Shown here piece by piece: positions 36,171 to 47,144 of a DNA stretch of 64,000 bases (position 1 is its first letter; every line of letters begins with the position of its first letter). The translations under genes were made by a program, and so were the position numbers. The notes under the pieces were generated by a model that searched no databases, was not told the DNA's origin, and saw only the letters and a program-made list of their open reading frames with translations. This stretch comes from Pseudomonadota bacterium (GTDB lineage: Bacteria > Pseudomonadota > Gammaproteobacteria > Burkholderiales > Burkholderiaceae_C), in contig JBEENR010000007.1 in NCBI GenBank assembly GCA_041192045.1, positions 17,277 through 81,276 of the forward strand. Reading direction: 5' to 3'.

Positions 36171-36995
36171 TCAGTCGCGCAGCAAGTCGTTCAGGCTGGT
36201 TTTGCTGCGGGTTTGCGCATCCACCCGCTTGACGATGATGGCGGCATACAGGCTGTAAGCGCCGCCGTCTTTGGGCAAGCTGCCGCTGATGACCACTGAG
36301 CCTGCCGGAATGCGGCCATAGCTCACGGTGCCGCTGGCGCGGTCGTAAATCGGGGTGCTCTGGCCGATGTACACGCCCATGGAGATGACCGAGTTTTCTT
36401 CGACGACCACGCCTTCCACCACCTCGGAGCGCGCACCAATGAAGCAGTTGTCTTCAATGATGGTGGGGCCAGCTTGCAGCGGCTCCAGCACACCGCCAAT
36501 GCCCACACCGCCCGACAAGTGCACGTTTTTGCCAATCTGTGCGCAAGAACCCACGGTGGCCCAGGTGTCCACCATGGTGTTTTCGTCCACATAAGCGCCA
36601 ATGTTCACATAGCTGGGCATCAGGATGGCACCCTTGGCAATGAAGCTGCCCCGGCGCGCCACGGCGGGCGGCACCACGCGCACGCCGGTGGCTTTCATTT
36701 CGGCCTCGGTCAGGTGCGCAAACTTGGTCGGCACCTTGTCGTAAAAGGCCAGATCGCCGCTGCGCATGATGGCGTTGTCCTTCAGGCGGAACGACAGCAG
36801 CACCGCTTTCTTGATCCACTGGTGTACCGTCCACTGGCCCACGGCTTCGCGGGTGGCCACACGCAGGCGGCCCATGTTCAGCTCGGCAATCACATGCTCC
36901 ACCGCATCCAGCACTTCCTTGGGCGCGGAGGCCACGGAGAGTTCGGCGCGGTTGTCCCAGGCGGTGTCGATCAGGGTTTGCAGTTGTTGGGTCAT
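36171..36995 (-). CDS. dapD: 2,3,4,5-tetrahydropyridine-2,6-dicarboxylate N-succinyltransferase
   Basis: 274 aa with hexapeptide repeats and a conserved N-terminal domain. Confidence 0.93.
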   Translation of the reverse strand: MTQQLQTLIDTAWDNRAELSVASAPKEVLDAVEHVIAELNMGRLRVATREAVGQWTVHQWIKKAVLLSFRLKDNAIMRSGDLAFYDKVPTKFAHLTEAEMKATGVRVVPPAVARRGSFIAKGAILMPSYVNIGAYVDENTMVDTWATVGSCAQIGKNVHLSGGVGIGGVLEPLQAGPTIIEDNCFIGARSEVVEGVVVEENSVISMGVYIGQSTPIYDRASGTVSYGRIPAGSVVISGSLPKDGGAYSLYAAIIVKRVDAQTRSKTSLNDLLRD

Positions 36996-37040
36996 GGTTT
37001 CAGAACGTGGAGGAAAGAAGAAAAAAGAGGTCTGGCAGGC

Positions 37041-38264
37041 TCAGGCGTTAGGGCGCACAAACGCATGGATGCGCTCAGCAGCTTCCAAGCATTCGGCCGT
37101 TTCGGCCACCAGCGCCATGCGGATGCGTGATTGACCGGGGTTGAAACCAGCCACCTCGCGGGCCAGGTAGCTGCCAGGCAAAACCGTGACATTGTATTGA
37201 GCCAGCAATTCACGGGCGAAGGCCTCGTCAGCGGACAAACCTGGCACCCGGTTCGCAAACACCGCAGGCACCTCGGCCCACAAATAAAAGGCTGCGTCCG
37301 GCAGGGCCACGTTCAGCACTTCGGCCAGCACGGGTGTCACCTCGGCAAACTTTTGCCGGTACTGGCGGCGGTTGTCTACCACATGCGCCTCGTCGTTCCA
37401 GGCGGCCACGCTGGCGGCCTGCACCGCGGGGCTCATGGCCCCGCCGTGGTAGGTGCGGTAGAGCAAAAACGGTTGAATCAAGGCCGCGTCACCCGCCACA
37501 AAGCCGCTGCGCAGGCCCGGCACATTGCTGCGCTTGGACAGGCTGGTGAACATCAGCAGGTTTTTGAAGTCGTGCCGCCCCAGTTTCTGCGCCGCTTCCA
37601 GCCCGCCCAGCGGGGCTTCGTCGCGGAAGTAGATTTCGCTGTAGCACTCGTCCGACGCAATCACAAAGCCAAAGCGGTCGCTCAAGTCAAACAGCTTTTG
37701 CCACTCGTCCAGCGGCATCACCGCGCCGGTGGGGTTGCCGGGTGAACAGACGAACAGCAGTTGCGTTTGTGCCCACACGGCATCGGGCACGCTGTCCCAG
37801 TCCACCGCAAAATTGCGCGCCGGGTCGCTGGCCACATAGTGCGGGCGCGCTCCACCCAGCAGGGCTGCACCCTCGTAAATTTGGTAGAAGGGGTTGGGAA
37901 ACACCAGCGTGGCACCGGACTGGGTGGGGTCGATGATGGTTTGGGCAAAGGCAAACAGCGCCTCGCGTGAGCCGTTGACGGGCAAGACCTGCGTGGCCGG
38001 GTTCACGTTCACGCCGTAGCGCCGTTGCAGCCAGCCCACACAGGCTTGGCGCAGCGCAGGCTCGCCCGCCGTGGCCGGGTAGCTGGTCAGGCCCGTGTCT
38101 AGGGCAGCGGCCAGCGCATCTTTAAGGAACTGGGGCGTGGCGTGCTTGGGTTCGCCAATGCCCAGACTGATGGGTTTGTGTGCCGGGTTGGGGGTGACAC
38201 CGGCAAACAGCTTGCGCAGCCGCTCAAAAGGGTAGGGCTGCAAGAGGGAGAGCTTGGGATTCAT
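37041..38264 (-). CDS. dapC: succinyldiaminopimelate transaminase
   Basis: Track ORF trimmed to ATG 38264. MNPKLSLLQPYPFERLRKL, a class I aminotransferase with SLSKRSNVPGLRSG. Confidence 0.88.
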   Translation of the reverse strand: MNPKLSLLQPYPFERLRKLFAGVTPNPAHKPISLGIGEPKHATPQFLKDALAAALDTGLTSYPATAGEPALRQACVGWLQRRYGVNVNPATQVLPVNGSREALFAFAQTIIDPTQSGATLVFPNPFYQIYEGAALLGGARPHYVASDPARNFAVDWDSVPDAVWAQTQLLFVCSPGNPTGAVMPLDEWQKLFDLSDRFGFVIASDECYSEIYFRDEAPLGGLEAAQKLGRHDFKNLLMFTSLSKRSNVPGLRSGFVAGDAALIQPFLLYRTYHGGAMSPAVQAASVAAWNDEAHVVDNRRQYRQKFAEVTPVLAEVLNVALPDAAFYLWAEVPAVFANRVPGLSADEAFARELLAQYNVTVLPGSYLAREVAGFNPGQSRIRMALVAETAECLEAAERIHAFVRPNA

Positions 38265-38327
38265 GGCGCGCATTATCCCCATGCTGGTACACGCTACCTG
38301 TCACAGCGCGGCGGGCAGCTCAGTCGC

Positions 38328-39095
38328 TCACTTGCCTACCCACTGTTGCAGCTTCTCGGCCTCAAAGCATTCGGTGCGTGCGGCATCGGCGGGTACGCAG
38401 TCGTGCTGTTTAGACAAGGTTTCAATAGCCTTCCAGAGCAGGGCGATTTGGTGCTCTTGTCCGGCGGCGTTGTTGATCAGGTCGCGCAGGGCTTGCGAGA
38501 GCGGGTCCACATCTTGGGTGATGCCGTAGGCTTGAAATTTGGGCTTGTTGTCTTCTGCCACGTCAGCACTTTCACCGGCCTTGCCTTGGATGATGCGCGC
38601 CGGAATGCCCACCGCCGTGGCCCCAGCGGGCACGGGTTTGATGACCACCGCATTGCTGCCAATCTTGGCCCCATCGCCCACCACAAAACCGCCCAGCACC
38701 TTGGCCCCAGCGCTGACCACCACGTTTTTGCCCAGCGTGGGGTGGCGTTTGGTGCCTTTGTAGAGCGAGGTACCGCCCAGCGTCACGCCTTGGTAAATGG
38801 TGCAACCGTCGCCAATTTCGGCGGTTTCGCCCACCACCACGCCCATGGCATGGTCAAAAAACACCCGCTCGCCCACCTTGGCACCGGGGTGGATTTCAAT
38901 GCCGGTCAGCCAGCGGGCCAGGTGCGAAATGAAGCGCCCCAGCCATTTCAGGCCATGCGTCCAGCACCAATGCGCGGGCCGGTGCAGCCACACCGCATGC
39001 AAACCGGGGTAGCAGGTGATGACTTCCCAGGTGCTGCGGGCAGCGGGGTCGCGTTCAAGAATGCATTGGATGTCGGAGCGGATACGTGCAAACAT
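38328..39095 (-). CDS. cysE: serine O-acetyltransferase
   Basis: Track ORF trimmed to ATG 39095. [21 protein letters not shown] and hexapeptide repeats with [19 protein letters not shown]. Confidence 0.9.
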   Translation of the reverse strand: MFARIRSDIQCILERDPAARSTWEVITCYPGLHAVWLHRPAHWCWTHGLKWLGRFISHLARWLTGIEIHPGAKVGERVFFDHAMGVVVGETAEIGDGCTIYQGVTLGGTSLYKGTKRHPTLGKNVVVSAGAKVLGGFVVGDGAKIGSNAVVIKPVPAGATAVGIPARIIQGKAGESADVAEDNKPKFQAYGITQDVDPLSQALRDLINNAAGQEHQIALLWKAIETLSKQHDCVPADAARTECFEAEKLQQWVGK

Positions 39096-39105
39096 GGTTT
39101 TCAGT

Positions 39106-39843
39106 CTAACGCTTTGCCTGCGCGGCCATGTGCAGCATCGCCTTGGCAACACCGCGCAGGATGTGGATTTCTTCTTCGGTCGGCGCAGCGCGGTTGAAGA
39201 GCTGGTTCAGGCGGGGCATGAGCTTTTTGGGTGCGGCAGGGTCTAAAAAATCGACGGCCACCAGAGCCTGTTCCCAGTGCGCCAACATGCCCGCCAGCGC
39301 CTGCGCATCGGCAGCGGGGCGGCTGGGCGGGGTGGCTGGCAGGGCAAAACCGCCCAGGGCCTGCCGCCAGTCGTAGGCAATGAGCTGCACCGCAGCGGCC
39401 AGGTTGAGCGAGCCAAAGTGCGGATCGGTCGGAATGCTCAGGCAGGCGTGGCAGCGGTACACGTCTTCGTTGCGCATGCCAAAGCGCTCGGAGCCAAACA
39501 GAAAGGCCACACCGCCAGGGTGTGGCTGGGTCGGGCTGAGCAAGGCGGCAAAGTGCTCACGCGGGGCGCGGGTGGGGGGGCCAAAGTCGCGCGGGGTCAT
39601 GGCGGTGGCGCACAGGTGCTCCATGCCGTCCAGCGCTTCGTCCAGCGTGTCCACGATGCGGGCCTTGGCCAGCACATCGTTGGCCCCGCTGGCACGTTGG
39701 ATGGTTTCTTCGCGCCGCAGCACATTGGCCCAGCGCGGGGCCACCAGCACCAAGTCGTCAAAACCCATGACCTTCATGGCCCGGGCGGTGGCACCCACGT
39801 TGCCCGCATGGCTGGTCTGGATGAGGATGAATCGGGTTTTCAT
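39106..39843 (-). CDS. trmJ: tRNA (cytidine/uridine-2'-O-)-methyltransferase, SpoU/TrmH class
   Basis: Track ORF trimmed to ATG 39841-39843. [38 protein letters not shown] and [13 protein letters not shown]. Confidence 0.85.
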   Translation of the reverse strand: MKTRFILIQTSHAGNVGATARAMKVMGFDDLVLVAPRWANVLRREETIQRASGANDVLAKARIVDTLDEALDGMEHLCATAMTPRDFGPPTRAPREHFAALLSPTQPHPGGVAFLFGSERFGMRNEDVYRCHACLSIPTDPHFGSLNLAAAVQLIAYDWRQALGGFALPATPPSRPAADAQALAGMLAHWEQALVAVDFLDPAAPKKLMPRLNQLFNRAAPTEEEIHILRGVAKAMLHMAAQAKR

Positions 39844-39970
39844 GGGGGTTTGGCGGGGCTGAAACGGTAAAATCCGGCATTGTCGCCGCCCCGCATCGCC
39901 TGGGGCGCGTCTTTTTTGCTCTTCCACTGTCACGCAAGCCGCTGGCTGCTTGCGCAAAGGTTCACAACCC

Positions 39971-40945
39971 ATGTCGTCCAATCTCCATCCCATGCTCAAC
40001 GTGGCCATCAAGGCCGCCCGTGCCGCTGGCTCCATCATCAACCGCGCTGCGCTGGACGTGGAATCGGTTCGGGTCTCTGCCAAGCAGACCAACGATTTCG
40101 TCACCGAGGTGGACCATGCGGCGGAAAAAGCCATCATCGACACCCTGCTCACCGCCTACCCCGACCACGGCATTTGGGCCGAAGAATCGGGCCAGCGACC
40201 CGGCAAGCATGGCGGCGCAGACCACGTCTGGATCATTGACCCGCTGGACGGCACCACCAACTTCATTCACGGCTTTCCGGTGTACTGCGTGAGCATTGCG
40301 CTCATGGTGGGCAACCGGCTGGAGCAAGCCGTGGTGTACGACCCCAGCCGCAACGACCTGTTTTGCGCCACCAAGGGGCGCGGCGCTTACATGAACGACC
40401 GCCGCATTCGCGTGGCCAAACGCATTGCGCTGCGCGACTGCCTGATTTCCACCGGCTTCCCCTTCCGCCCCGGCGATGCTTTTCAAACCTATTTGCAAAT
40501 GCTGGGCGATGTGATGCCCAAATGTGCCGGTGTGCGCCGCCCCGGCTCTGCCGCGCTGGACTTGGCCTATGTGGCCGCAGGCTTCAGTGACGGCTTTTTT
40601 GAAATGGGCCTCTCGCCCTGGGACGTGGCCGCTGGCGCGCTGCTGGTGACGGAGGCCGGTGGTTTGGTGGGCAACTTCACTGGCGAATCCAACTTTTTGG
40701 AACAAAAAGAATGTTTGGCTGCCAACCCCAAAATCTACGGCCAACTGGTGGGCATGACCGCGAAATACAGCAAATTTGCCAGCGCGGGTGACAAGGCTGC
40801 GCTGCGCCAGTCGCTGAAAAAACCGGGTGCTGAGCGTGAGGAAGCCGCTGCCAGTGCAGACACAGCCACCGAGTCCACCCCCACAGCCGCTCCAGCGGCT
40901 GATGAGGCAACAGGCCGTGCTGCGCCAGATGCCGCACCGTTCTGA
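39971..40945 (+). CDS. suhB: inositol monophosphatase family protein (SuhB) with a low-complexity C-terminal tail
   Basis: Track ORF trimmed to ATG 39971. [27 protein letters not shown] and the WDVAAG motif. The final roughly 55 aa are Ala/Glu/Pro/Thr-rich. Confidence 0.9.
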   Translation: MSSNLHPMLNVAIKAARAAGSIINRAALDVESVRVSAKQTNDFVTEVDHAAEKAIIDTLLTAYPDHGIWAEESGQRPGKHGGADHVWIIDPLDGTTNFIHGFPVYCVSIALMVGNRLEQAVVYDPSRNDLFCATKGRGAYMNDRRIRVAKRIALRDCLISTGFPFRPGDAFQTYLQMLGDVMPKCAGVRRPGSAALDLAYVAAGFSDGFFEMGLSPWDVAAGALLVTEAGGLVGNFTGESNFLEQKECLAANPKIYGQLVGMTAKYSKFASAGDKAALRQSLKKPGAEREEAAASADTATESTPTAAPAADEATGRAAPDAAPF

Positions 40946-41005
40946 CCACCAGCCCCCATCCCAGCCTTCCCCCAGCGGGGGAAGGAGCCAGACACGACAG
41001 ACCCT

Positions 41006-43639
41006 GTGACCGCGCCGCTGGAACACCACACGCCCATGATGCAGCAGTACCTGGCCATCAAAGCCGGGTACCCCGACACGCTGGTGTTCTACCGCATGGG
41101 CGATTTTTACGAGCTGTTTTTTGCCGATGCGGAAAAAGCCGCCCGCCTGCTGGACATCACCCTGACCACACGCGGCCAATCGGCAGGCCAGCCCGTCACC
41201 ATGGCCGGGGTGCCGTTTCATTCGGTGGACAGCTACTTGGCGCGTCTCATCAAACTGGGCGAATCGGTGGCGCTGTGCGAACAGGTGGGCGACGTGGCCA
41301 GCGCCAAAGGCCCGGTCGAGCGCAAGGTGGTGCGGGTCGTCACCCCCGGCACCCTGACCGATGCCGAGCTGCTGCCCGAAAAAACCGAGGCCCTGCTGCT
41401 GGCCGTTCACCCCGGCACACGCACCGGCTGTGGGCTGGCTTGGTTGTCGGTCACGCAGGGCATTGTGTTTCTGGCCCAGTGCGCCAGCCACGAACTGGCC
41501 GACTGGATCGCCCGCATTGGCCCCGGCGAGGTGATTTACAGCGCCGAGGTGTCGCCCACTTTTGAAAACCAGTTGCAGCAATGGGCCAGCCAGCCCGGCA
41601 ACGGCACGCGCTGGGTGGCGGTGCTGCGCCCGGCCTGGGCGTTTGATGCCGGACTGGGCCAGCGCAAACTGCTGGCCCAACTGCAAGCCGCCAGCCTGCA
41701 TGCCTGGGACGCGCAAGACCTGCCCGATGCCCATGCCGCTGCTGCCGCGCTGTTGGACTATGCCGAACACACCCAAGGCCGGGCACTGAGCCATGTGCAG
41801 CAACTGAAAGTGGCCCGCCCTGATGAGCGCATCGACCTGCCGCCCAGCACCCGGCGCAACCTGGAACTGACGCACACCCTGCGCGGCGAAACCAGTCCCA
41901 CCCTGCTGTCGCTGCTGGATGTGTGCTGCACCAGCATGGGCAGCCGCCTGTTGCGCACGTGGCTGCTGGAGCCGCCGCGCCAGCGTGACACGGCCCGCGC
42001 CCGGCTGGAGGCCATCAGCGCCCTGCGCGCTGGCCCGTGGCAAGACCTGCGCCAAGCCCTGAAAGGGGCTGCCGATGTGGAACGCATCACCGCCCGCACC
42101 GCGCTGCGCCAAGTGCGCCCGCGTGAACTGGTGAGCCTGGGGCAGACGCTGGCACGGTCAGCCCAACTGGCGCAAGGATTGGCACAAGCCTTCAGCACCC
42201 TTGGCGGTTTGCTGGCCCACATGGCCACCGACCTGAGCCTGCCCAGCGGCTGCGCCGAGCTGCTGCAAGCCGCCTTGCTGCCCGAGCCTGCCGCGCTGGT
42301 GCGCGATGGCGGTGTCATCAACCACGGGTTTGATGCCGAGCTGGACGAGCTGCGCGGCATCCAAACCAACTGCGACGGCTTTTTGCTGGCCCTAGAAGCC
42401 CGCGAGCGCGAGCGCACAGCCATCGCCAACCTGCGGGTGCAGTTCAACAAGGTACACGGCTTCTATATTGAAGTGACGCAAGGCCAGCTGGACAAAGTGC
42501 CCGCAGACTACCGCCGCCGCCAGACGCTGAAGAATGCCGAGCGTTTCATCACCCCCGAGCTGAAAGCCTTTGAAGACAAAGCCCTGAGCGCCCAAGAACG
42601 CGCCTTGGCCCGCGAAAAATGGCTGTTTGAGCAGTTGCTAGACCAGTTGCAGGGCTTTGTGCCGCGCTTGTCGCAACTGGCCAGGGCCATGGCCGCGCTG
42701 GATGTGTTGTGCGCCCTGGCCGAACGGTCGCTCACGCTGGATTGGGCCGCGCCCCAGTTCGTGCCCGAACCCTGTATTGACATCCGGGGTGGCCGCCACC
42801 CAGTGGTAGAAGCCCGCCTGAACGAAACCAGCGGCACCGCCTTTGTGGCCAACGACACCGTGCTAGGCCCCAAACAGCGCATGCAAATCATCACCGGCCC
42901 CAACATGGGCGGCAAAAGCACCTACATGCGGCAAGTGGCCGTCATTGTGTTGCTGGCCAGCCTGGGCAGTTATGTGCCCGCACAAAGCTGCCGCCTGGGG
43001 CCGCTGGATGCCATTCACACCCGCATTGGTGCGGCAGACGATTTGGCCAACGCCCAGTCCACCTTCATGGTGGAAATGACCGAAGCGGCGCAAATTTTGC
43101 ACGCCGCCACGCCGCACAGCCTGGTGCTGATGGACGAAATTGGCCGGGGCACCTCCACCTTTGACGGTCTGGCCTTGGCCAGCGGCATTGCCAGCCACCT
43201 GCACGACAAAGTGCGCGCCTTCACCCTGTTTGCCACCCACTACTTTGAACTCACCGAATTCCCGGCCCGCCACCATGCCGCCGTGAACGTGCATGTGAGT
43301 GCGGTGGAAAACAGCAACAAGGCCGACAAAACCGGCATCGTCTTCCTGCACCACATCGAACCCGGCCCCGCCAGCCGCAGCTACGGCATTCAAGTGGCCC
43401 GCCTAGCCGGTGTGCCCGCCAGCGTGGTGCAGCAAGCCCGCCACACCCTAGCCAGCCTAGAAGCGCACAGCGAAGCCAGCCGCGTGCAGGTGGACTTGTT
43501 CGCCCCGCCCCCTGCCCCAGCAGAATCCGATATGCACCCATTGCAAATCGCCCTGCAGCAGATCAATCCTGATGCCCTGAGCCCGCGCGAAGCGCTGGAT
43601 CAGCTCTACCATCTCAAACAACTCGCCAACAAAACATGA
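41006..43639 (+). CDS. mutS: DNA mismatch repair protein MutS
   Basis: 877 aa from a GTG start. [32 protein letters not shown], Walker [14 protein letters not shown] and STFMVEM. Confidence 0.96.
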   Translation: MTAPLEHHTPMMQQYLAIKAGYPDTLVFYRMGDFYELFFADAEKAARLLDITLTTRGQSAGQPVTMAGVPFHSVDSYLARLIKLGESVALCEQVGDVASAKGPVERKVVRVVTPGTLTDAELLPEKTEALLLAVHPGTRTGCGLAWLSVTQGIVFLAQCASHELADWIARIGPGEVIYSAEVSPTFENQLQQWASQPGNGTRWVAVLRPAWAFDAGLGQRKLLAQLQAASLHAWDAQDLPDAHAAAAALLDYAEHTQGRALSHVQQLKVARPDERIDLPPSTRRNLELTHTLRGETSPTLLSLLDVCCTSMGSRLLRTWLLEPPRQRDTARARLEAISALRAGPWQDLRQALKGAADVERITARTALRQVRPRELVSLGQTLARSAQLAQGLAQAFSTLGGLLAHMATDLSLPSGCAELLQAALLPEPAALVRDGGVINHGFDAELDELRGIQTNCDGFLLALEARERERTAIANLRVQFNKVHGFYIEVTQGQLDKVPADYRRRQTLKNAERFITPELKAFEDKALSAQERALAREKWLFEQLLDQLQGFVPRLSQLARAMAALDVLCALAERSLTLDWAAPQFVPEPCIDIRGGRHPVVEARLNETSGTAFVANDTVLGPKQRMQIITGPNMGGKSTYMRQVAVIVLLASLGSYVPAQSCRLGPLDAIHTRIGAADDLANAQSTFMVEMTEAAQILHAATPHSLVLMDEIGRGTSTFDGLALASGIASHLHDKVRAFTLFATHYFELTEFPARHHAAVNVHVSAVENSNKADKTGIVFLHHIEPGPASRSYGIQVARLAGVPASVVQQARHTLASLEAHSEASRVQVDLFAPPPAPAESDMHPLQIALQQINPDALSPREALDQLYHLKQLANKT

Positions 43640-44463
43640 CCTACTGCGTCGCCGTGAAACTCAATGCCGGATTGGTATTCCTCTCCGACTCCCGCACCAA
43701 TGCCGGGCTGGATCAGATCAGCACCTTTCGCAAAATGATCGTCTATGAAAAACCCGGCGAGCGCTTCATGTGCCTGCTCTCGGCGGGCAACCTGAGCATT
43801 TCGCAGTCCATTCGCGAAATTTTGCAAGTGGAGCAGCTCAAAGACAGCGAAGGTGGCGAACCCATCACCATCTGGAATGCCAAAAGCATGTTCGATGCCG
43901 CCCGCGTGCTGGGTTCGGCGGTGCGCCATGTGTACCAGCGCGATGGCGAATCGCTGCAACGCGCCGGGGTGGACTTCAACGTATCCATGATCTTTGGCGG
44001 CCAAATTGCCGGTGAGGGCATGCGCCTGTTTCAGGTGTATTCAGCGGGCAACTTCATTGAAGCCACCGCCGAAACGCCTTTCTTCCAGATTGGCGAATCC
44101 AAATACGGCAAACCCGTGCTCGACCGCGTTATCACCCCCGACACACCGCTGAACGAAGCCGCCAAATGCGCGCTGGTGTCGATGGACAGCACGCTCAAAT
44201 CCAACCTGTCGGTGGGCCTGCCGCTGGACTTGGCGGTGTACGAGGTCGATCGCCTGCAAAGCGACAAAATCACCTGCATCGACGAAAACAACCCCTACTT
44301 CCGCATGGTGCACAACACCTGGGGCCAGAAACTGCGCGAAGTGTTTGACAGCATTGAACACCCCACTTGGGACGGCGCACACACCGAAGTGCCCCTGCTG
44401 TGCAGCAGCGCCCGCAGCCAGCCCCTGAAGAAGATTGCCAACGCCCAAGAAAGGCTGATCTGA
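43636..44463 (+). CDS. proteasome-type (Ntn-hydrolase) protease, Anbu-like
   Basis: 275 aa. [24 protein letters not shown], with Thr directly after the initiator Met and Asp and Lys at about the +17 and +32 positions of the mature chain (the proteasome beta catalytic pattern). Its ATG overlaps the mutS stop (ATGA). Confidence 0.7.
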   Translation: MTYCVAVKLNAGLVFLSDSRTNAGLDQISTFRKMIVYEKPGERFMCLLSAGNLSISQSIREILQVEQLKDSEGGEPITIWNAKSMFDAARVLGSAVRHVYQRDGESLQRAGVDFNVSMIFGGQIAGEGMRLFQVYSAGNFIEATAETPFFQIGESKYGKPVLDRVITPDTPLNEAAKCALVSMDSTLKSNLSVGLPLDLAVYEVDRLQSDKITCIDENNPYFRMVHNTWGQKLREVFDSIEHPTWDGAHTEVPLLCSSARSQPLKKIANAQERLI

Positions 44464-45317
44464 TGGCCGCAGGGCTCATCGTCTTCTCACATGCCAACAG
44501 CTTCGGGGCCAGCACCTACCGCCTGCTGTTGCAGACGCTGCGCGAACAAGGTTACCGCGTGTGCGCGCTGGATCAGTTTGGGCACGACCCGCGCTACCCC
44601 GTCACCAGCAACTGGCCGCACCTGGTGCAGCAACTGGCCGACTTTGCCAGCCCTGAAGTGCAGCGCCACGGCGAAGGGGCTTGGCTGGTGGGCCATTCAT
44701 TGGGCGGTTTTTTAAGCCTGATGTGCGCCGCCCGCCACCCGCAGCTGGGTGGTCAGCCGGTGCGCGGCGTGCTGCTGCTGGACTCCCCCGTGCTGGGCGG
44801 CTGGCGGGCCCGCACGCTGGAGCTGGTCAAACGCACCCAGTTGGTGGGCTCGGTGTCTCCCGGCAAAGTCAGCCGCCGCCGCCGCAACAGCTGGCCCAAC
44901 GAAGCGGCAGCCCTAGAACACTTTGCCAGCAAAAGCGCCTTTGCCCGCTGGCACCCGCAGGTGCTGCGCGACTATGTGGCCCACGGCACCCAAGACGTGA
45001 CCGATGCCAGCGGCACCCGGCGCATGCTGCGCTTTGACCGCGATGTAGAAACCGCCATCTACAACACCCTGCCCCACAACCTAGACCGCCTGCTGCGCCG
45101 CCACCCGCTGCAATGCCCGGTGGCTTTCATGGGCGGCACCCAGTCGCAAGAAATGAAGCAAGTCGGCATGGCCATGACGCACCGCGTGGTCGGCAAAAAC
45201 CACCCGGAGCGCTTGCTGATGATCGAAGGCAGCCACCTGTTCCCCATGGAAAAACCCCTAGAAACCGCCCAGGGCATTGACCATTTGCTGCGCCTGCTGA
45301 ACGGGGCAGCGCGTTAA
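44463..45317 (+). CDS. alpha/beta-fold hydrolase
   Basis: Track ORF trimmed to ATG 44463, which overlaps the Anbu stop (TGATG). Nucleophile elbow GHSLGG and [17 protein letters not shown]. Confidence 0.8.
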   Translation: MAAGLIVFSHANSFGASTYRLLLQTLREQGYRVCALDQFGHDPRYPVTSNWPHLVQQLADFASPEVQRHGEGAWLVGHSLGGFLSLMCAARHPQLGGQPVRGVLLLDSPVLGGWRARTLELVKRTQLVGSVSPGKVSRRRRNSWPNEAAALEHFASKSAFARWHPQVLRDYVAHGTQDVTDASGTRRMLRFDRDVETAIYNTLPHNLDRLLRRHPLQCPVAFMGGTQSQEMKQVGMAMTHRVVGKNHPERLLMIEGSHLFPMEKPLETAQGIDHLLRLLNGAAR

Positions 45318-45420
45318 GCCCGCCACACCCACGGTAGGTGTGTGGTGGCGGTTTGGGGGATATGACGGGCCAGACCCCAGCCCCCAATCCACGGCGGCAG
45401 AAGCCTGCCAAAATTCCAAC

Positions 45421-46986
45421 ATGACCACCCCCACCACCCCCCTGGCACGCAAAAAGCTGCCCATTGGCATACAAAGCTTTGCCAAACTGCGCGCAGAAAA
45501 CCACTATTACGTGGACAAAACCGGCTACGCGGTGGACTTGGCACAGAGCGGCAACTGCTACTTTCTAAGCCGCCCGCGCCGCTTTGGCAAAAGCCTGTTT
45601 CTGGACACGCTCAAGCAAATGTTTGAGGGCAAACGGTCCGTATTTCATGGCTTGGCCGCCGACGAACGCTGGGACTGGAGCCGCACGCACCCGGTCATTC
45701 GCATCAGCTTTGGGGGTGGCGTGCTGAAAAACCGGGCCGCGCTGGACGAGCGCCTGGGCGAACTGCTGCAAGAAAACCAAGAGCGCCTGGGCGTGTCGTG
45801 CACCTACACCTCCTTGAGCGGGCGGTTTGCGCAACTCATTGCCCAAGCCCATGCCAAAACCGGCCAAACCGCTGTGGTGCTGGTGGACGAATACGACAAA
45901 CCCATCCTAGACAACATCACCGACAGCGCGGTGGCCCTTGATATGCGCGAGGGGCTGAAAGACATTTACAGCGTGCTCAAAGACGCTGACGAACACCTGC
46001 GCTTTGTCTTCATCACCGGGGTCAGCAAATTCAGCAAAGTGAGTTTGTTTTCTGGTTTGAACCACTTAGAAGACATCACCCTGAACCCGCGCTACAGCGC
46101 CGTTTGCGGCTACACCGATGCGGATGTAGATACCGTGTTTGCCCCGGAATTACCGGGTTTAGACCGCGACGCAATACGCAGCTGGTACAACGGTTACAAC
46201 TGGTTAGGCGACCGGGTTTACAACCCGTTTGACGTGCTGCTGCTGTTTCGCAACCGCGAATTCAAACCCTATTGGTTTGAAACCGGCACGCCCACGTTTC
46301 TCATCAAACTGCTGGCCAAAGCCCAAACTTTCACGCCCGATATTGGCCGCATGGTAGCCACCGAAACCCTGTTGTCCACCTTTGACGTGGACAACATACC
46401 GCCCGAGGCACTGATGTTTCAGGCCGGTTACTTGACGATTGACCATGTGTGGCGCATACCGGGGCGTATGGAAGTGACGCTGAAATACCCCAACCTAGAA
46501 GTGCAGGCCAGCCTGAACGACAGCCTGCTGCAATACCTGGTGGGCAACCCGTCTATTCCTGGGCCGAACATTGGGCGCTTGTACCGCCTGCTGCAAGCGC
46601 AAGATTTTGCGGGGCTAAAAACCCTGTTTCACGCCTTTTTTGCCAGCATTCCGCACGACTGGTACCGCAACAACCCCATGGCCCAGTTTGAAGGCTATTG
46701 GGCTAGCATTTTTTACAGCCACTTTGCCGCGCTGGGCCTAGACATTCGGCTAGAAGACACCACCAACAAAGGCCGCATTGACATGGCGGTGCTGTTCAAT
46801 GGCCAAGTGTTTGTATTCGAATTCAAGGTGATTGAATTGGTGCCGCAAGGGCAGGCACTGCAACAAATCAAAGACATGAACTACGCCGACAAATACCGCG
46901 CCAGGGGCGAACCCATTCATTTGGTGGGTGTGGAATTCAGTAAAATCGATCGAAACATTGTCGGGTTTGAGGTTGAGGCGGGGTGA
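45421..46986 (+). CDS. AAA-ATPase-like plus PD-(D/E)xK nuclease-like protein (PF09820/PF08011-type architecture)
   Basis: Track ORF trimmed to ATG 45421. KLPIGIQSFAKLRAENHYYVDKTGY, the Walker A-like FLSRPRRFGKSLF, VLVDEYDKP, and a C-terminal nuclease-like core GRIDMAVLFNGQVFVFEFKV. Confidence 0.8.
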   Translation: MTTPTTPLARKKLPIGIQSFAKLRAENHYYVDKTGYAVDLAQSGNCYFLSRPRRFGKSLFLDTLKQMFEGKRSVFHGLAADERWDWSRTHPVIRISFGGGVLKNRAALDERLGELLQENQERLGVSCTYTSLSGRFAQLIAQAHAKTGQTAVVLVDEYDKPILDNITDSAVALDMREGLKDIYSVLKDADEHLRFVFITGVSKFSKVSLFSGLNHLEDITLNPRYSAVCGYTDADVDTVFAPELPGLDRDAIRSWYNGYNWLGDRVYNPFDVLLLFRNREFKPYWFETGTPTFLIKLLAKAQTFTPDIGRMVATETLLSTFDVDNIPPEALMFQAGYLTIDHVWRIPGRMEVTLKYPNLEVQASLNDSLLQYLVGNPSIPGPNIGRLYRLLQAQDFAGLKTLFHAFFASIPHDWYRNNPMAQFEGYWASIFYSHFAALGLDIRLEDTTNKGRIDMAVLFNGQVFVFEFKVIELVPQGQALQQIKDMNYADKYRARGEPIHLVGVEFSKIDRNIVGFEVEAG

Positions 46987-47001
46987 GTGGTGAACTGACG
47001 A

Positions 47002-47144
47002 GGCTTTGTTGCACAACTCGAAAGCGAAACGATATGGCCCCTACCCCAGACGCAGCTATGCCATGGCGACCACGGGCACCGTGGTTGGGCACCCGAGCTG
47101 TGTGAAGCGGTTGAGCAGCGCTACCGGCTTTGTGCAACAAAGCC
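47002..47144. repeat. 15-nt perfect inverted repeat pair flanking 113 nt; the right copy is itself a hairpin
   Basis: GGCTTTGTTGCACAA (47002-47016) is the exact reverse complement of TTGTGCAACAAAGCC (47130-47144). The local hairpin is GGCTTTGT-gca-ACAAAGCC at 47126-47144. Confidence 0.6.

Noticed and set aside
39962-42112. 716-aa ORF antisense to suhB and mutS
   Set aside because: It crosses the suhB-mutS intergenic region and shadows both genes. The composition is dominated by Gly/Ala/Arg/His/Gln.
45318-45420. Imperfect GC-rich hairpin after the alpha/beta hydrolase gene as a terminator
   Set aside because: The arms pair only with bulges and no U-tract follows, so I cannot support it by eye.
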